Below, piece by piece: positions 10,453 through 21,606 of a DNA stretch of 64,000 bases. Within the stretch, counting starts at the first letter, position 1. Each line of letters starts with the position of its first letter. The notes under the pieces were generated by a model that saw only the letters and a program-made list of their open reading frames with translations, did no database searches and was not told the origin of the DNA. The DNA is from Bacteroidales bacterium (GTDB lineage Bacteria > Bacteroidota > Bacteroidia > Bacteroidales > FEN-979). Location of the stretch: the NCBI GenBank assembly GCA_023231005.1, contig JALNWG010000006.1, positions 43,060 through 107,059 on the forward strand. The letters are read 5' to 3'. The translations under genes and the position numbers were made by a program.

Positions 10453-11424
10453 ATGTCTGTATTAATTTTTCTTGAAAATTGGGATGGAAAATTCAAAAAA
10501 TTAAGTTTTGAATTGGTCTCTTATGGCGCGAAATTGTCAGAAATGTTAAGTTCCGAACCCATTGTGTTGACATTTGGATCTTTGGCACCGGGAGAACTGG
10601 AAAAATTGGGTAAATATGGTGTTTCACGGATTATTAATGTGGTTGGTGATGGGTTGAATATCTTGGATAGCCAGGTTTATACTACTATTATTTCGGAGTT
10701 TACCCATAAAGAAAATGCCAACGTCATTCTTTTGTCAAATAATAATGTTGGAAAAGCAGTTGCTCCACGGTTGTCGGTTAGACTGAAAGCAGGAATGGGA
10801 GCCGGAGTTAGTAAATTACCTTCATGCATCGACCCGTTTACTATTTATAAAAAAGTCTATTCAGGGAATGCATTTGCCAATTACGTGTTACACACTGAAA
10901 TAAAAATTTTGACCCTCGCTCAGAATTCGTTTGAATTGATTGAAAATGTTAAAACACCCCAAATCGAGACTGTTCCTTTTCCGATAAATGGGGGAGATGT
11001 AAAAACACAAGTACTTGAAGTACAGAAACAATCAGGGAAGATTTTGTTGACAGATGCCGAGATTGTTGTTTCAGGAGGTCGTGGTATGAAATCACCCGAT
11101 AATTGGGGACCTATTGTTGAATTAGCTGAACTGCTTGGCGCTGCAACGGCATGTTCCCGTCCTGTTTCCGATGAAGGATGGCGTCCCCATGAAGAACATA
11201 CCGGACAAACCGGAAAAATCATCGCACCAAATCTTTATATGGCTATCGGAATTTCTGGTGCCACGCAACATCTGGCTGGTATTAGCGCATCCAAATTTAT
11301 TGTTGCAATCAACATTGACAAGGATGCACCTATTTTTTCTGCTGCACAGTATGGCATTGTCGGTGATGCAAGCAAAATCCTTCCCAAATTGGTTGAAGCA
11401 GTCAGAGAATTGAAAGGGAAATGA
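10453..11424 (+). CDS. etfA: electron transfer flavoprotein alpha subunit
   Basis: 323 aa. FAD-binding C-terminal half VVSGGRG...YMAIGISGATQHLAG...IVAINIDKDAPIF. Confidence 0.85.
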   Translation: MSVLIFLENWDGKFKKLSFELVSYGAKLSEMLSSEPIVLTFGSLAPGELEKLGKYGVSRIINVVGDGLNILDSQVYTTIISEFTHKENANVILLSNNNVGKAVAPRLSVRLKAGMGAGVSKLPSCIDPFTIYKKVYSGNAFANYVLHTEIKILTLAQNSFELIENVKTPQIETVPFPINGGDVKTQVLEVQKQSGKILLTDAEIVVSGGRGMKSPDNWGPIVELAELLGAATACSRPVSDEGWRPHEEHTGQTGKIIAPNLYMAIGISGATQHLAGISASKFIVAINIDKDAPIFSAAQYGIVGDASKILPKLVEAVRELKGK

Positions 11425-11431
11425 TTCGGAT

Positions 11432-12751
11432 ATGATTAAACAGATAATATTCTTAATTGTCCTGTTGATTACCCTCGGATGCTTTTTTTATACCATCCGT
11501 CGTATTTACCGCTTTTTCTTGCTCACCAAACCTGCTTTTCCGGTAAGGGATTTTGGCAAGCGGTTCAAGATAATGTTAAATGTTGCATTCGGTCAGAAAA
11601 AGATCTTTCGCCGCCCAGTAATCGGATTTTTTCATGCCTTGGTTTTTTGGGGGTTTTGTGTGATCCTTTTTGGTAGTATAGAAATGGTACTTGATGGCCT
11701 TTTCGGAACGGTGAGGATTTTGGGTTTCTTAGGACCGATTTATGACTTTATCATTGCTTTCGGAGATATCTTTGCTCCTTTAGTCGGAATCAGTATAATC
11801 ATTTTTCTTTTTCGTCGCATCTTCCTTCATATAAAACGGTTTCAGGGCGTTGAAATGAAGCATATATCTCACCTGGATGCCAATTTCGCGCTCAGTTTGA
11901 TCCTTCTTTTAATGATTTCTCTGATGGGAATGAATACATCCTATTACGAATATATGACTAAAACTGGGAAGGAGATAATCGGAGTTTTTCCGGTAAGCAG
12001 AATCCTTGCAGGGTTTATGGAACCACTATCAGAAAATACGGTTAAAGTTCTTTTGGAAACATGCTGGTGGTCGCACATCTTATTGATCTTTCTATTTGCC
12101 AATATCCTTCCTTATTCCAAACATTTTCATGTGTTTATGTCTATCCCGAATGTTTTTCTGTCCCGGTTGGATCCGCTTGGCAAATTGCCTAATATGGATA
12201 ATATCACCCGGGAAGTAAAACTCATGCTGGATCCAACAGCTAATTTTGAAGCTCCAGCCGGAGATATACCACCAGAACGTTTTGGGATTAAGGATGCAGA
12301 GGACATTTCCTGGAAAAATTATTTTGATTCATTATCTTGTACCGAATGTGGTCGCTGTACTTCTGTGTGTCCGGCCAATCTTACAGGCAAACGGTTATCT
12401 CCCAGAAAAATCATGATGGATGTTCGGGCCAGAATGAAAGAAAAAGGGCCGGGGCTTGTTAAAAATGGACCCAGTTATAACGATAACCGATCACTGATCC
12501 GGGATTTTATCCAGGAAGAGGAGGTTTGGGCTTGTACAACTTGTAATGCTTGTGCGAAGGAATGTCCGATCAATATTAACCATCCAACATTAATTGTTGA
12601 TCTGCGGCGATACCTGGTCATGGAAGAAGCATCTGCACCGGGAGGATTAAAAGGGATGTTCAATAATATTGAAAATAATGGCGCTCCCTGGCAATATTCT
12701 TCTGAAGACCGTTTAAATTGGGCAGAAAACTTAACAATAAAGATGAATTAA
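11432..12751 (+). CDS. membrane-anchored Fe-S oxidoreductase (NarI/DsrM-like helices fused to a 2x[4Fe-4S] ferredoxin domain)
   Basis: N-terminal TM helices carry conserved His. Two CxxCxxCxxxCP motifs: CTECGRCTSVCP and CTTCNACAKECP. Confidence 0.7.
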   Translation: MIKQIIFLIVLLITLGCFFYTIRRIYRFFLLTKPAFPVRDFGKRFKIMLNVAFGQKKIFRRPVIGFFHALVFWGFCVILFGSIEMVLDGLFGTVRILGFLGPIYDFIIAFGDIFAPLVGISIIIFLFRRIFLHIKRFQGVEMKHISHLDANFALSLILLLMISLMGMNTSYYEYMTKTGKEIIGVFPVSRILAGFMEPLSENTVKVLLETCWWSHILLIFLFANILPYSKHFHVFMSIPNVFLSRLDPLGKLPNMDNITREVKLMLDPTANFEAPAGDIPPERFGIKDAEDISWKNYFDSLSCTECGRCTSVCPANLTGKRLSPRKIMMDVRARMKEKGPGLVKNGPSYNDNRSLIRDFIQEEEVWACTTCNACAKECPININHPTLIVDLRRYLVMEEASAPGGLKGMFNNIENNGAPWQYSSEDRLNWAENLTIKMN

Positions 12752-12775
12752 CTGAAAAAATAAGAAATTTCGGAA

Positions 12776-13570
12776 ATGGAAGTCCAAAAAATTGAGGTTC
12801 CGGTTATGGCTGAAATGTTTGCCAAAGGTGAACATCCGGAATACCTTTTCTGGGTTGGCTGTGCAGGAGCATTCGATGATCGTTATAAAAATGTTACCCG
12901 TGCATTCACAAAGATTCTTTCCCATCTAAGGGTCAGTTATGCAGTCCTTGGAAAGGAAGAATCGTGTACCGGGGATCCTGCCCGTCGTGCCGGCAATGAA
13001 ATGCTTTACCAAATGCAGGCTTTGCAAAATATTGAACGATTTGAACATTATCAAATTAAAAAGATCATAACCATTTGTCCTCATTGCTATAATATTTTTA
13101 AAAATGAATACCCGGATCTTGGTGGTAAGTATGAGGTAATCAATTATTTGCAGTTCCTGGATCAATGTTTGACGGATGGTAAATTAACCCTTAACCCGGA
13201 TGTTCTGACTGATACTTCTATCACCTACCATGATCCATGTTACCTTGGCCGTGGAAATGATATCTATTTTGAACCCCGATCTATTTTGAAAAAGATTACA
13301 ACTCATTTTGTTGAAATGGAACGGCATAAAAGTTTTTCATTATGTTGTGGAGCGGGTGGTGCCCAGATGTTCAAAGAAGCTGAAAAAGGAGATAAAGAGA
13401 TATTTATCGAGCGAACAGAGGAAGCCTTAAGAACGAAAGCAACCGTCATCGCAACAGCTTGTCCTTTTTGCATGACCATGATTACCGATGGCATAAAATA
13501 TAAAAATCGTGAAGAAGATATTAAAAACTACGATATTGCTGAGTTAATTGTTCAAACCTTAAATATTTAA
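12776..13570 (+). CDS. CCG-domain Fe-S protein (HdrD/GlpC/DsrK C-terminal-like)
   Basis: Two Cys-rich CCG-type motifs: CPHC...DPCYLGR and SLCCGAGG...ATACPFC. Follows the Fe-S membrane subunit directly. Confidence 0.7.
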   Translation: MEVQKIEVPVMAEMFAKGEHPEYLFWVGCAGAFDDRYKNVTRAFTKILSHLRVSYAVLGKEESCTGDPARRAGNEMLYQMQALQNIERFEHYQIKKIITICPHCYNIFKNEYPDLGGKYEVINYLQFLDQCLTDGKLTLNPDVLTDTSITYHDPCYLGRGNDIYFEPRSILKKITTHFVEMERHKSFSLCCGAGGAQMFKEAEKGDKEIFIERTEEALRTKATVIATACPFCMTMITDGIKYKNREEDIKNYDIAELIVQTLNI

Positions 13571-15375
13571 TGATCTTTAAAACTATCAAAATGGAATCCA
13601 AAAAAGTGTTAAGCAGTGGCGAATTTCTTGTTGATGAAATTGATTTCAATGATATTTTCATTCCGGAAGAACTCAATGAAGAACAGAAAATGATTGCACA
13701 GACATGTCGGGACTTTATTGAGACTGAGTTATATCCAAATCTTGATCAGATTGATTCTCCGGATATTCAACTGATGAAGGAGACATTAAAAAAAGCAGGG
13801 GAATTAGGATTAATGGGTATTTCAATCCCGGAAGAATATGGTGGATTTGGACAGTCCTTTACCACTCAGATGCATGTTGCTGAAAAGATCGGTGCCGGAT
13901 ATTCATTCTCGGTTGCTTTTATGGCACATACTGGGATCGGGACTTTACCCATTATGTATTACGGGAATGAGGAACAACGGCAGAAATATGTTACCCGCTT
14001 AGCTACAGGTGAATTTCTTGGAGCTTATTGTTTGACGGAACCTGGAGCTGGAAGTGATGCAAATTCAGGAAAAACTAGCGCTGTTCTTGCCCCTGATGGA
14101 AAGCATTATATTCTGAATGGACAAAAAATGTGGATTACCAATGCCAATTTAGCAGATACTCAGGTTGTTTTTGCGAAAATTGAAAAGGATAGGGTACTTA
14201 GTGCATTTATCGTTGAAAGGAAGTTCCCGGGTGTTGTTGTGAATCCAGATGAACATAAAATGGGGATCAAGGGTTCTTCTACTGCTCAGATTTTTTATAA
14301 TGATGTTCAGGTTCCCATAGAGAATTTGATTGGTAAAAGAGGAGAAGGTTTCCGGATCGCCTTGAGTATTCTTCACATGGGTCGGTTGAAACTTGGGGCA
14401 AACGTTTTGGGTGCTTCAAAAAAGACGATTTGTGATGCTGTAAAATATGCCAACGAACGTAAACAGTTTGGTTCATTGATTTCGGAATTTGGTGCCATCA
14501 AATACAAACTTGCCGAGCAGGTAGTGAAAACATTTGCCTTGGAATCAGCTATATATAGGATAAGCAAAGATATTGATTGCCAGATTGATAAGAACAAGGC
14601 TGAAGGTATGGACAAAGGAAGAGCCACCATTGAGGGCATTTCTCATTTTGCAGTTGAAGCTGCTTTACTCAAAGTATATGGTTCCGAAGTGTTGGATTAT
14701 GTTGTTGACGAAGCAGTTCAGATTCACGGAGGAATGGGCTATTCGGCTGAGATGTCGGTGGAAAGGGGATATCGCGATTCCAGGATTAACCGGATCTTCG
14801 AGGGAACCAATGAAATTAACCGTTTGCTCGTGGTAGATACTGCAATGAAAAGAGCAATGAAAGGTGAATTTGACCTGTTTGGAAAAGCAGAAAAACTTGC
14901 TTCTGACTTGTCTAATGCTGTGGTAAAAGCTCAACCCGGGGAAACTTATTATGCCGAGAAACAAAGAAATCTGAAAAATTTCAAAAATCTTTGTCTTGTT
15001 ATTATTCAAGGTGCAGTGAAGTTCTTTGATAAAAAAATGATTCTCGAACAAGAGGTGATGAATAATCTTACCGATATAATGATCGAGATATATGTTGCTG
15101 AATCAACAGCATTTCGTCTTCAGAAGATCGAGCAAATGAAAGGATCTGATTTAATGTCGTTGTATAAAACGATTTTGGATATTCTGATTTTCGAAGCTGC
15201 CGAAAAAATCAGAATATACGCTCACGAAGCTTCACTTGCATATATGACCGTAGATCAGGCAACTACATTTAGAGTTTTCATTGATACTATGACGAATGTT
15301 CGGGGATTCAATGTGAAAGAAGCAAGAAGACGGGTTGCAAATAAATTGATTGAAGACAATATATACAGTTTTTAA
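13570..15375 (+). CDS. long-form acyl-CoA dehydrogenase
   Basis: 601 aa. YCLTEPGAGSDA, QIHGGMGY, RIFEGTNEI, plus a C-terminal extension. The start overlaps the upstream stop (TAATG). Confidence 0.85.
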   Translation: MIFKTIKMESKKVLSSGEFLVDEIDFNDIFIPEELNEEQKMIAQTCRDFIETELYPNLDQIDSPDIQLMKETLKKAGELGLMGISIPEEYGGFGQSFTTQMHVAEKIGAGYSFSVAFMAHTGIGTLPIMYYGNEEQRQKYVTRLATGEFLGAYCLTEPGAGSDANSGKTSAVLAPDGKHYILNGQKMWITNANLADTQVVFAKIEKDRVLSAFIVERKFPGVVVNPDEHKMGIKGSSTAQIFYNDVQVPIENLIGKRGEGFRIALSILHMGRLKLGANVLGASKKTICDAVKYANERKQFGSLISEFGAIKYKLAEQVVKTFALESAIYRISKDIDCQIDKNKAEGMDKGRATIEGISHFAVEAALLKVYGSEVLDYVVDEAVQIHGGMGYSAEMSVERGYRDSRINRIFEGTNEINRLLVVDTAMKRAMKGEFDLFGKAEKLASDLSNAVVKAQPGETYYAEKQRNLKNFKNLCLVIIQGAVKFFDKKMILEQEVMNNLTDIMIEIYVAESTAFRLQKIEQMKGSDLMSLYKTILDILIFEAAEKIRIYAHEASLAYMTVDQATTFRVFIDTMTNVRGFNVKEARRRVANKLIEDNIYSF

Positions 15376-15405
15376 GATTGATACGTTTCTTTTAAAATTT
15401 CCGCA

Positions 15406-16227
15406 TTGGTTCCTCTTCATTCAAATATCTCAGCAATTCTTCTCGCCAGAACAGCCAAGGACAGCACTTCCTTTGATTCCAGTATGCTTTATCTCATTTT
15501 AGCGCTAGTTTCATTTTTTGTTCTGGTCATAGTGATTATTTTTTTAAGGAAAAGGGTTGTTCCGCTATTTCGGTTATGGTATATTTCTCTTGTTCATGGA
15601 AGATATAGCTTTGAGTTTTTAGAATTTTTTAAGGAAAACAATCTCAGAAACCCACACAACAGCTGTGTCAAAGATGAGATTACGCTTCATTTTATGGTAT
15701 TTTTCCGACCTTTAAAAAACGCTCAGGAATATACGACCAATACACGTATCGATTTTGATGACATTCCTTATATGATTTCAGAAAAGAAACTTTTCAAATT
15801 GAAAGGTGTTCCCGACTGTGTCAATATTACAACTTTTAATGATGCTCGTGTAAAAGTTGTTGGTTATAATGAAACTTTACAGGGGATGAAGATGAAGTCG
15901 CTTTATTATTTCATCGACAATCAATTTTTGATGGGTGAATATGTTTTCCCTGAATTATTGCGCGTCAAACCGGTAAAAATAAAAGAGACACTGTCAGCAA
16001 AATATTTAAATAAAGTATCTCTGGATGGAGATGTATTTTATATTACAGACAATGAAGGAAACAAGCTTTGTTACGAATACAACGGTTTTTCCATTGGGAT
16101 AAAATACCTCTACTTAGGAGATACAGGTTTAACTCAAGTTCTCACTAATTTATTCCGTAACGGATCAGACGGAAGGTCTAATTTCGTAAAGGCTTTACAC
16201 AATGATGAAATGTTAAACCGATTCTGA
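15406..16227 (+). CDS. hypothetical membrane-anchored protein
   Basis: The ORF-track start is non-ATG. An internal Met followed by one TM (MLYLILALVSFFVLVIVIIF) is the more likely start. No motif recognised. Confidence 0.35.
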   Translation: MVPLHSNISAILLARTAKDSTSFDSSMLYLILALVSFFVLVIVIIFLRKRVVPLFRLWYISLVHGRYSFEFLEFFKENNLRNPHNSCVKDEITLHFMVFFRPLKNAQEYTTNTRIDFDDIPYMISEKKLFKLKGVPDCVNITTFNDARVKVVGYNETLQGMKMKSLYYFIDNQFLMGEYVFPELLRVKPVKIKETLSAKYLNKVSLDGDVFYITDNEGNKLCYEYNGFSIGIKYLYLGDTGLTQVLTNLFRNGSDGRSNFVKALHNDEMLNRF

Positions 16228-18747
16228 TTTTGACACCGTTATTTTAATTTCATCTTTCTCCTTGTCTAAGTCAATTGTGATAAGGTCGGTAGATGAAATT
16301 TTTGTCTTGATTATCTCTTCTGCGAGTATATCCTCCACATATTTTTGAATAGCACGTTTCAGTGGGCGAGCTCCAAACTGAGCATCCCAGCCCTTCTCGG
16401 CAATAAAGTCCTTAGCGTCAGGGGTCACCACGATTTGGTATCCCATTTTAACAATTCGTTCGTACAAATGTTTTAGTTCGATATCAATGATCTTGTGAAT
16501 ATCTTCACGTTCCAGAGATTCAAAGATGACAATATCATCAATTCTATTGATAAATTCGGGTGCAAAAGCCTTTTTTAAAGCATTTTCAATAACTCCACGC
16601 GCATGCTCACTGCTTGCCGATTGTTTGGCATTAGTTGAAAATCCGACACCCTGGCCAAAATCTTTTAATTGTCTTGACCCGATGTTAGAGGTCATGATTA
16701 CAATGGTATTTTTAAAATCCACTTTCCGGCCAAAGCTATCTGTTAAAACTCCATCATCAAGGACTTGTAGCAACAAATGAAAAACATCCGGATGTGCTTT
16801 TTCAATTTCATCCAACAAAATGATTGAGTAGGGGCGGCGGCGGATTTTTTCCGTAAGTTGTCCACCTTCTTCATACCCAACATAACCCGGAGGGGCTCCT
16901 ATAAGTCGCGAAACGGCAAATTTTTCCATATATTCGCTCATATCGATCCGAACCAGGGCATCATCACTGTCGAACAGGTATTTCGATAAAATTTTTGCCA
17001 GATGTGTTTTTCCAACTCCGGTTGGTCCAAGAAAGATAAAAGAACCAATGGGTTTATTGGGATCTTTCAGCCCTGCACGGTTTCTTCGAATCGCTTTAAC
17101 AACTTTTTTAATCGCTTCACTTTGTCCGATTACTGAATTTGCTAACTCATCTTCCATGTTGATAAGCCGGTCGCTTTCGTTTTTAGCAATTCTCTGAACC
17201 GGAATACCTGTCATCATGGCAACTACCTCTGCCACATTTTCCTCTTCAACCGTTTGACGGTTTAATTTAGCATCTTCCTCCCACTTCTTTTTTTCTCTTT
17301 CAAGTCCTTCCTGAAGTTTTCGTTCAGTATCTCTTAAATCTGCAGCTTCTTCAAATTTTTGACTATTGATAGCCTGCATTTTTTGTTTCCGTGTCTCTTC
17401 TATTTGATTTTCAATATTAACGATTTCGGCTGGTACATTGATGTTTGAAATGTGTACTCTGGCACCTGCTTCATCCAAAGCATCGATGGCTTTATCAGGC
17501 AAATAGCGATCTGAGATGTAACGATTTGTCAATGAAACACAAGCATTGATTGCATCATCGGTATATTTTACTAAATGATGTTCTTCATATTTTTCTTTTA
17601 TATTGTTTAAAATTTCTACTGTTTCTTCTGGTGAAGTAGGATCGACGAGGACTTTCTGGAAACGGCGTTCAAGAGCGCCATCTTTTTCGATGTACTGGCG
17701 GTATTCATCTAAAGTGGTAGCCCCGATACATTGAATTTCTCCCCGAGCGAGAGCTGGTTTGAACATATTGGAAGCATCGAGGGACCCGGATGCGTTTCCG
17801 GCACCGACAATAGTATGAATTTCATCAATAAAGACAATGATATTAGGGTTTTTCTCCAATTCATTCAGTACTGCTTTCATGCGTTCTTCGAATTGGCCAC
17901 GGTATTTTGTTCCGGCGACCAAGGAGGCCAAATCAAGCGAAACTACCCGTTTGTTAAATAATGCCCTGGATACTTTTCGCTGTACAATTCGTAAGGCAAG
18001 ACCTTCAGCAATAGCAGATTTACCAACTCCGGGTTCACCAATTAATATGGGGTTATTTTTCTTACGGCGGCTCAATACCTGTGCAATGCGCTGAAGCTCT
18101 TTTTCGCGGCCAACTATCGGATCAAGGCGGCCTTCTTCGGCAGCTTTTGTAATATCCCGACCGAAATTATCCAGGACAGGGGTCTTTGATTTTGAGTCTT
18201 GCGGTTTCTTCTGACTGGGGGAGAACCCTTTTCCGCTTTCCTCGGGCTCGTCTTCATCCTCATCTTTGGGAAGAATGTTCTGCGGATCAAACCGTGGTTC
18301 CTCACTGCCGTTAGTCAGTATTGCTTTTAGTTCATCTTTAACTGTATTGTAATTTACATTTACATTAACAAAAGCTTTTGTAACAAGATTGTTCTCATCT
18401 TTTAAAATAGCCAGTAATAAATGTTCAGTCCCAATCAATTCACTATTGAATAATTTGGCTTCGAGGTAGGTGATCTTAAGGGCTCTTTCTGCTTGTTTAA
18501 TCAATGGCAGATTTTCACCGCCAACTGGTCTTTCTTTATGGCTGGCGACTGCCATTTCGACTTTTTTTCTGATTTCTGCCAGGTCGACACCGAGGTTTCG
18601 TAAGATACGGATAGCGAGGCCGTCGCCTTCCCTGATTATACCCAGCAGTAAGTGTTCCAAGCCGATATAATCATTACCTAGTCTTTGTGCTTCTTCTCGG
18701 CTATATATAAGAACGTCTTTGACGCGTTGTGAAAATTTTGCTTCCAT
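16213..18747 (-). CDS. clpC: ClpC-type AAA+ chaperone / Clp protease ATP-binding subunit
   Basis: 844 aa. Two Clp_N repeats, Walker A motifs GEPGVGKS and GPTGVGKT, a UVR-like QKFEEAADLRD, and a short middle domain (ClpC-like rather than ClpB-like). Confidence 0.8.
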   Translation of the reverse strand: MEAKFSQRVKDVLIYSREEAQRLGNDYIGLEHLLLGIIREGDGLAIRILRNLGVDLAEIRKKVEMAVASHKERPVGGENLPLIKQAERALKITYLEAKLFNSELIGTEHLLLAILKDENNLVTKAFVNVNVNYNTVKDELKAILTNGSEEPRFDPQNILPKDEDEDEPEESGKGFSPSQKKPQDSKSKTPVLDNFGRDITKAAEEGRLDPIVGREKELQRIAQVLSRRKKNNPILIGEPGVGKSAIAEGLALRIVQRKVSRALFNKRVVSLDLASLVAGTKYRGQFEERMKAVLNELEKNPNIIVFIDEIHTIVGAGNASGSLDASNMFKPALARGEIQCIGATTLDEYRQYIEKDGALERRFQKVLVDPTSPEETVEILNNIKEKYEEHHLVKYTDDAINACVSLTNRYISDRYLPDKAIDALDEAGARVHISNINVPAEIVNIENQIEETRKQKMQAINSQKFEEAADLRDTERKLQEGLEREKKKWEEDAKLNRQTVEEENVAEVVAMMTGIPVQRIAKNESDRLINMEDELANSVIGQSEAIKKVVKAIRRNRAGLKDPNKPIGSFIFLGPTGVGKTHLAKILSKYLFDSDDALVRIDMSEYMEKFAVSRLIGAPPGYVGYEEGGQLTEKIRRRPYSIILLDEIEKAHPDVFHLLLQVLDDGVLTDSFGRKVDFKNTIVIMTSNIGSRQLKDFGQGVGFSTNAKQSASSEHARGVIENALKKAFAPEFINRIDDIVIFESLEREDIHKIIDIELKHLYERIVKMGYQIVVTPDAKDFIAEKGWDAQFGARPLKRAIQKYVEDILAEEIIKTKISSTDLITIDLDKEKDEIKITVSKSESV

Positions 18748-19017
18748 GATGGATTTTAATAACTAAAATAAAGCAATGACAAATATCGAACCATATTAAA
18801 ATGGATGGAAATTAATCATAGTTTTCAAAAGTACGATCGAATTTACAATTTTATTTCGGAATTCCCTTAATTTATTAACAGTTTCATGTTAGTAAGAGGA
18901 CGAAATTATTATGAGAAAATTCGTGGTCGGAAAGGGGATTTTTGCTACCTTCGTGAATTAATAAGAATATTATTATCTATTTGAATATTAACACATTAAT
19001 TAATTGTTGAAAGCTAT

Positions 19018-21549
19018 ATGGTACCGGGAGAGAAAATAGTTCAAGTAAATATCGAAAATCAGATGAAAACAGCCTACATTGACTATTCAATGTCGGTCAT
19101 TGTGCAGCGTGCATTACCTGATGTGAGGGATGGATTAAAACCAGTTCATCGCAGGGTTTTATATGGTATGTATGATTTGGGCATTGTTTCAAACAGGTCC
19201 TATAAAAAATCAGCAAGGATTGTAGGGGAGGTGCTTGGAAAGTATCATCCTCATGGAGATACGTCTGTTTATGATGCGATGGTCAGGTTGGCACAGGATT
19301 GGAGTTTAAGATATCCGCTTGTCGATGGTCAGGGGAACTTTGGTTCAATGGATGGTGATAATGCAGCGGCAATGCGTTATACCGAGGCCAGATTGAGAAA
19401 GATAGCAGAAGAAATGGTAGCCGATATTGAAAAAGATACTGTTGATTTCCAGTTAAATTTTGATGATTCCCTAAAAGAACCGACTGTAATGCCATCGAGG
19501 ATTCCTAATCTACTTGTTAATGGAGCAAGTGGAATTGCTGTCGGAATGGCAACCAACATGGCTCCACATAACATGAGTGAAGTTGTAGACGGCATTATTG
19601 CTTATATTGACAATCCTCAGATCACCATTCCTGAATTAATGAAATATATTAAAGCACCGGATTTTCCGACGGGTGGTGTCATTTATGGATATGATGGAGT
19701 GAAAGAAGCTTATGAAACTGGACGGGGACGGATTATAATACGTGGGGAAACAAAGATTGAGCAGGATGACAATGGTCGTGAGAGTATTATTGTTACCTCC
19801 GTACCATATCAGGTCAATAAATCTGAAATGATCAAGAAAACAGCCGAATTGGTCAATGATAAAAAGATTGAAGGAATTAGCGATATCCGTGATGAATCCG
19901 ATCGAGATGGAGTTCGGATTGTATATGAATTGAAGCGAGAAGCTGTTACAAACGTGGTATTGAATAAATTGTTTCAGATGACCCCCTTACAGTCTTCGTT
20001 CAATACCAACAATATTGCGCTCGTAAATGGACGCCCGATGATGTTGACATTGAAAGACATGATTGTTCATTATGTAGAACATCGGCATATTGTTATTCAA
20101 CGGAGGACCCGGTTTGAATTAGCAGAAACTGAAAAACGTGCTCATATTTTGGAGGGGTTATTGATTGCGCTCGACCGTCTTGACGAAGTGATCGCTTTGA
20201 TTCGCGCTTCCCAAACCCCCGAGGATGCAAAAGTAGGATTGATGTCAACATTCTCATTGAGTGACGTTCAGGCCAAAGCCATTCTCGATATGCGTTTACA
20301 GCGACTTACCGGATTGGAAAGAGATAAAATCAAAGAGGAATATGATGAATTAATTAAATTGATTGAACATCTGAAAGAAATTCTGGCTGATGTGAAATTG
20401 CAAATGGATATTATTAAGGAAGAACTCCGAGATATTAAAACAAAATATGGGGATGAACCTAGATCACAAATTATATATACAACTTCGGATTTTAAAATTG
20501 AGGATACCATTCCGGATGAAAATGTGGTCATAACCATTTCACACATGGGTTATGTCAAGCGGACTCCCCTATCGGAATATCGTCGTCAGAATAGGGGAGG
20601 GCGTGGTGTTAAAGGGACAGACATCCGGGATGAGGATTTCCTGGAACATTTGTTTGTTGCCACGAACCATAACTATTTACTTTTCTTTACGGAAAAAGGC
20701 AAATGTTTTTGGCTTCGGGTTTTTGAAATTCCAGAAGGAGGAAAGACATCAAAAGGAAGAGCTATACAAAACCTTGTCAACATTGAGAAGGATGATATTG
20801 TAAGGGCCTATATCAATATAAAGGATTTAAAAGACGAGGAGTACATTAAATCGAATTATATTATTTTGGCTACTCAACACGGGACGATTAAAAAAACTTC
20901 CCTTGAGGCTTATTCCCGTCCACGGCAAAACGGTATCAATGCCATTACTGTTCATGAAGGGGATCATTTATTGGAGGCGAAATTGACTCAGGGAACAGAT
21001 GAAGTAGTGATGGCGCTTAAATCAGGTCGTGCTATCCGGTTTAATGAACAAAAAGTCAGACCAATGGGAAGAAATGCAGCAGGTGTCAGAGGAATTTTAT
21101 TATCTGGACCTGGGGACGAAGTAGTTGGGATGATTTGTATCCCCTTGAATAAAAAGAGTGAAGTGCTGGTTGTTTCTGAAAATGGATATGGAAAACGATC
21201 TGATCTGGATGATTACCGGATTACAAACCGGGGTGGTAAAGGTGTTAAAACGTTGAACATTACTGATAAAACGGGAGTATTGATCGCGGTTAAAGATGTT
21301 TCTGATGGGGATGACCTGATGATAATCAATAAATCGGGAGTCATTATCCGTATGGGTATATCTTCCCTTCGCGTGATGGGTCGTGCAACGCAAGGAGTAA
21401 GGCTGATCAAGATTGATGAGGGAGATGCCATTGCTGCCGTTGCAAAGGTCAGTGTACCAGAGGAGGCAGAAGACACTTCAGAATCGGAAAGAACCTCTGA
21501 TATTGAGGACCAGGATACAAATCACACTGAAACTGAAATTGAAAATTAA
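19018..21549 (+). CDS. gyrA: DNA gyrase subunit A
   Basis: 843 aa. [28 protein letters not shown], active-site [11 protein letters not shown]-terminal beta-pinwheel repeats and an acidic tail. Confidence 0.95.
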   Translation: MVPGEKIVQVNIENQMKTAYIDYSMSVIVQRALPDVRDGLKPVHRRVLYGMYDLGIVSNRSYKKSARIVGEVLGKYHPHGDTSVYDAMVRLAQDWSLRYPLVDGQGNFGSMDGDNAAAMRYTEARLRKIAEEMVADIEKDTVDFQLNFDDSLKEPTVMPSRIPNLLVNGASGIAVGMATNMAPHNMSEVVDGIIAYIDNPQITIPELMKYIKAPDFPTGGVIYGYDGVKEAYETGRGRIIIRGETKIEQDDNGRESIIVTSVPYQVNKSEMIKKTAELVNDKKIEGISDIRDESDRDGVRIVYELKREAVTNVVLNKLFQMTPLQSSFNTNNIALVNGRPMMLTLKDMIVHYVEHRHIVIQRRTRFELAETEKRAHILEGLLIALDRLDEVIALIRASQTPEDAKVGLMSTFSLSDVQAKAILDMRLQRLTGLERDKIKEEYDELIKLIEHLKEILADVKLQMDIIKEELRDIKTKYGDEPRSQIIYTTSDFKIEDTIPDENVVITISHMGYVKRTPLSEYRRQNRGGRGVKGTDIRDEDFLEHLFVATNHNYLLFFTEKGKCFWLRVFEIPEGGKTSKGRAIQNLVNIEKDDIVRAYINIKDLKDEEYIKSNYIILATQHGTIKKTSLEAYSRPRQNGINAITVHEGDHLLEAKLTQGTDEVVMALKSGRAIRFNEQKVRPMGRNAAGVRGILLSGPGDEVVGMICIPLNKKSEVLVVSENGYGKRSDLDDYRITNRGGKGVKTLNITDKTGVLIAVKDVSDGDDLMIINKSGVIIRMGISSLRVMGRATQGVRLIKIDEGDAIAAVAKVSVPEEAEDTSESERTSDIEDQDTNHTETEIEN

Positions 21550-21606
21550 TTTTTATATTTGCCGCCTGAAAATCAACTCAAAAGAACAATATTAATATTC
21601 TATGCA

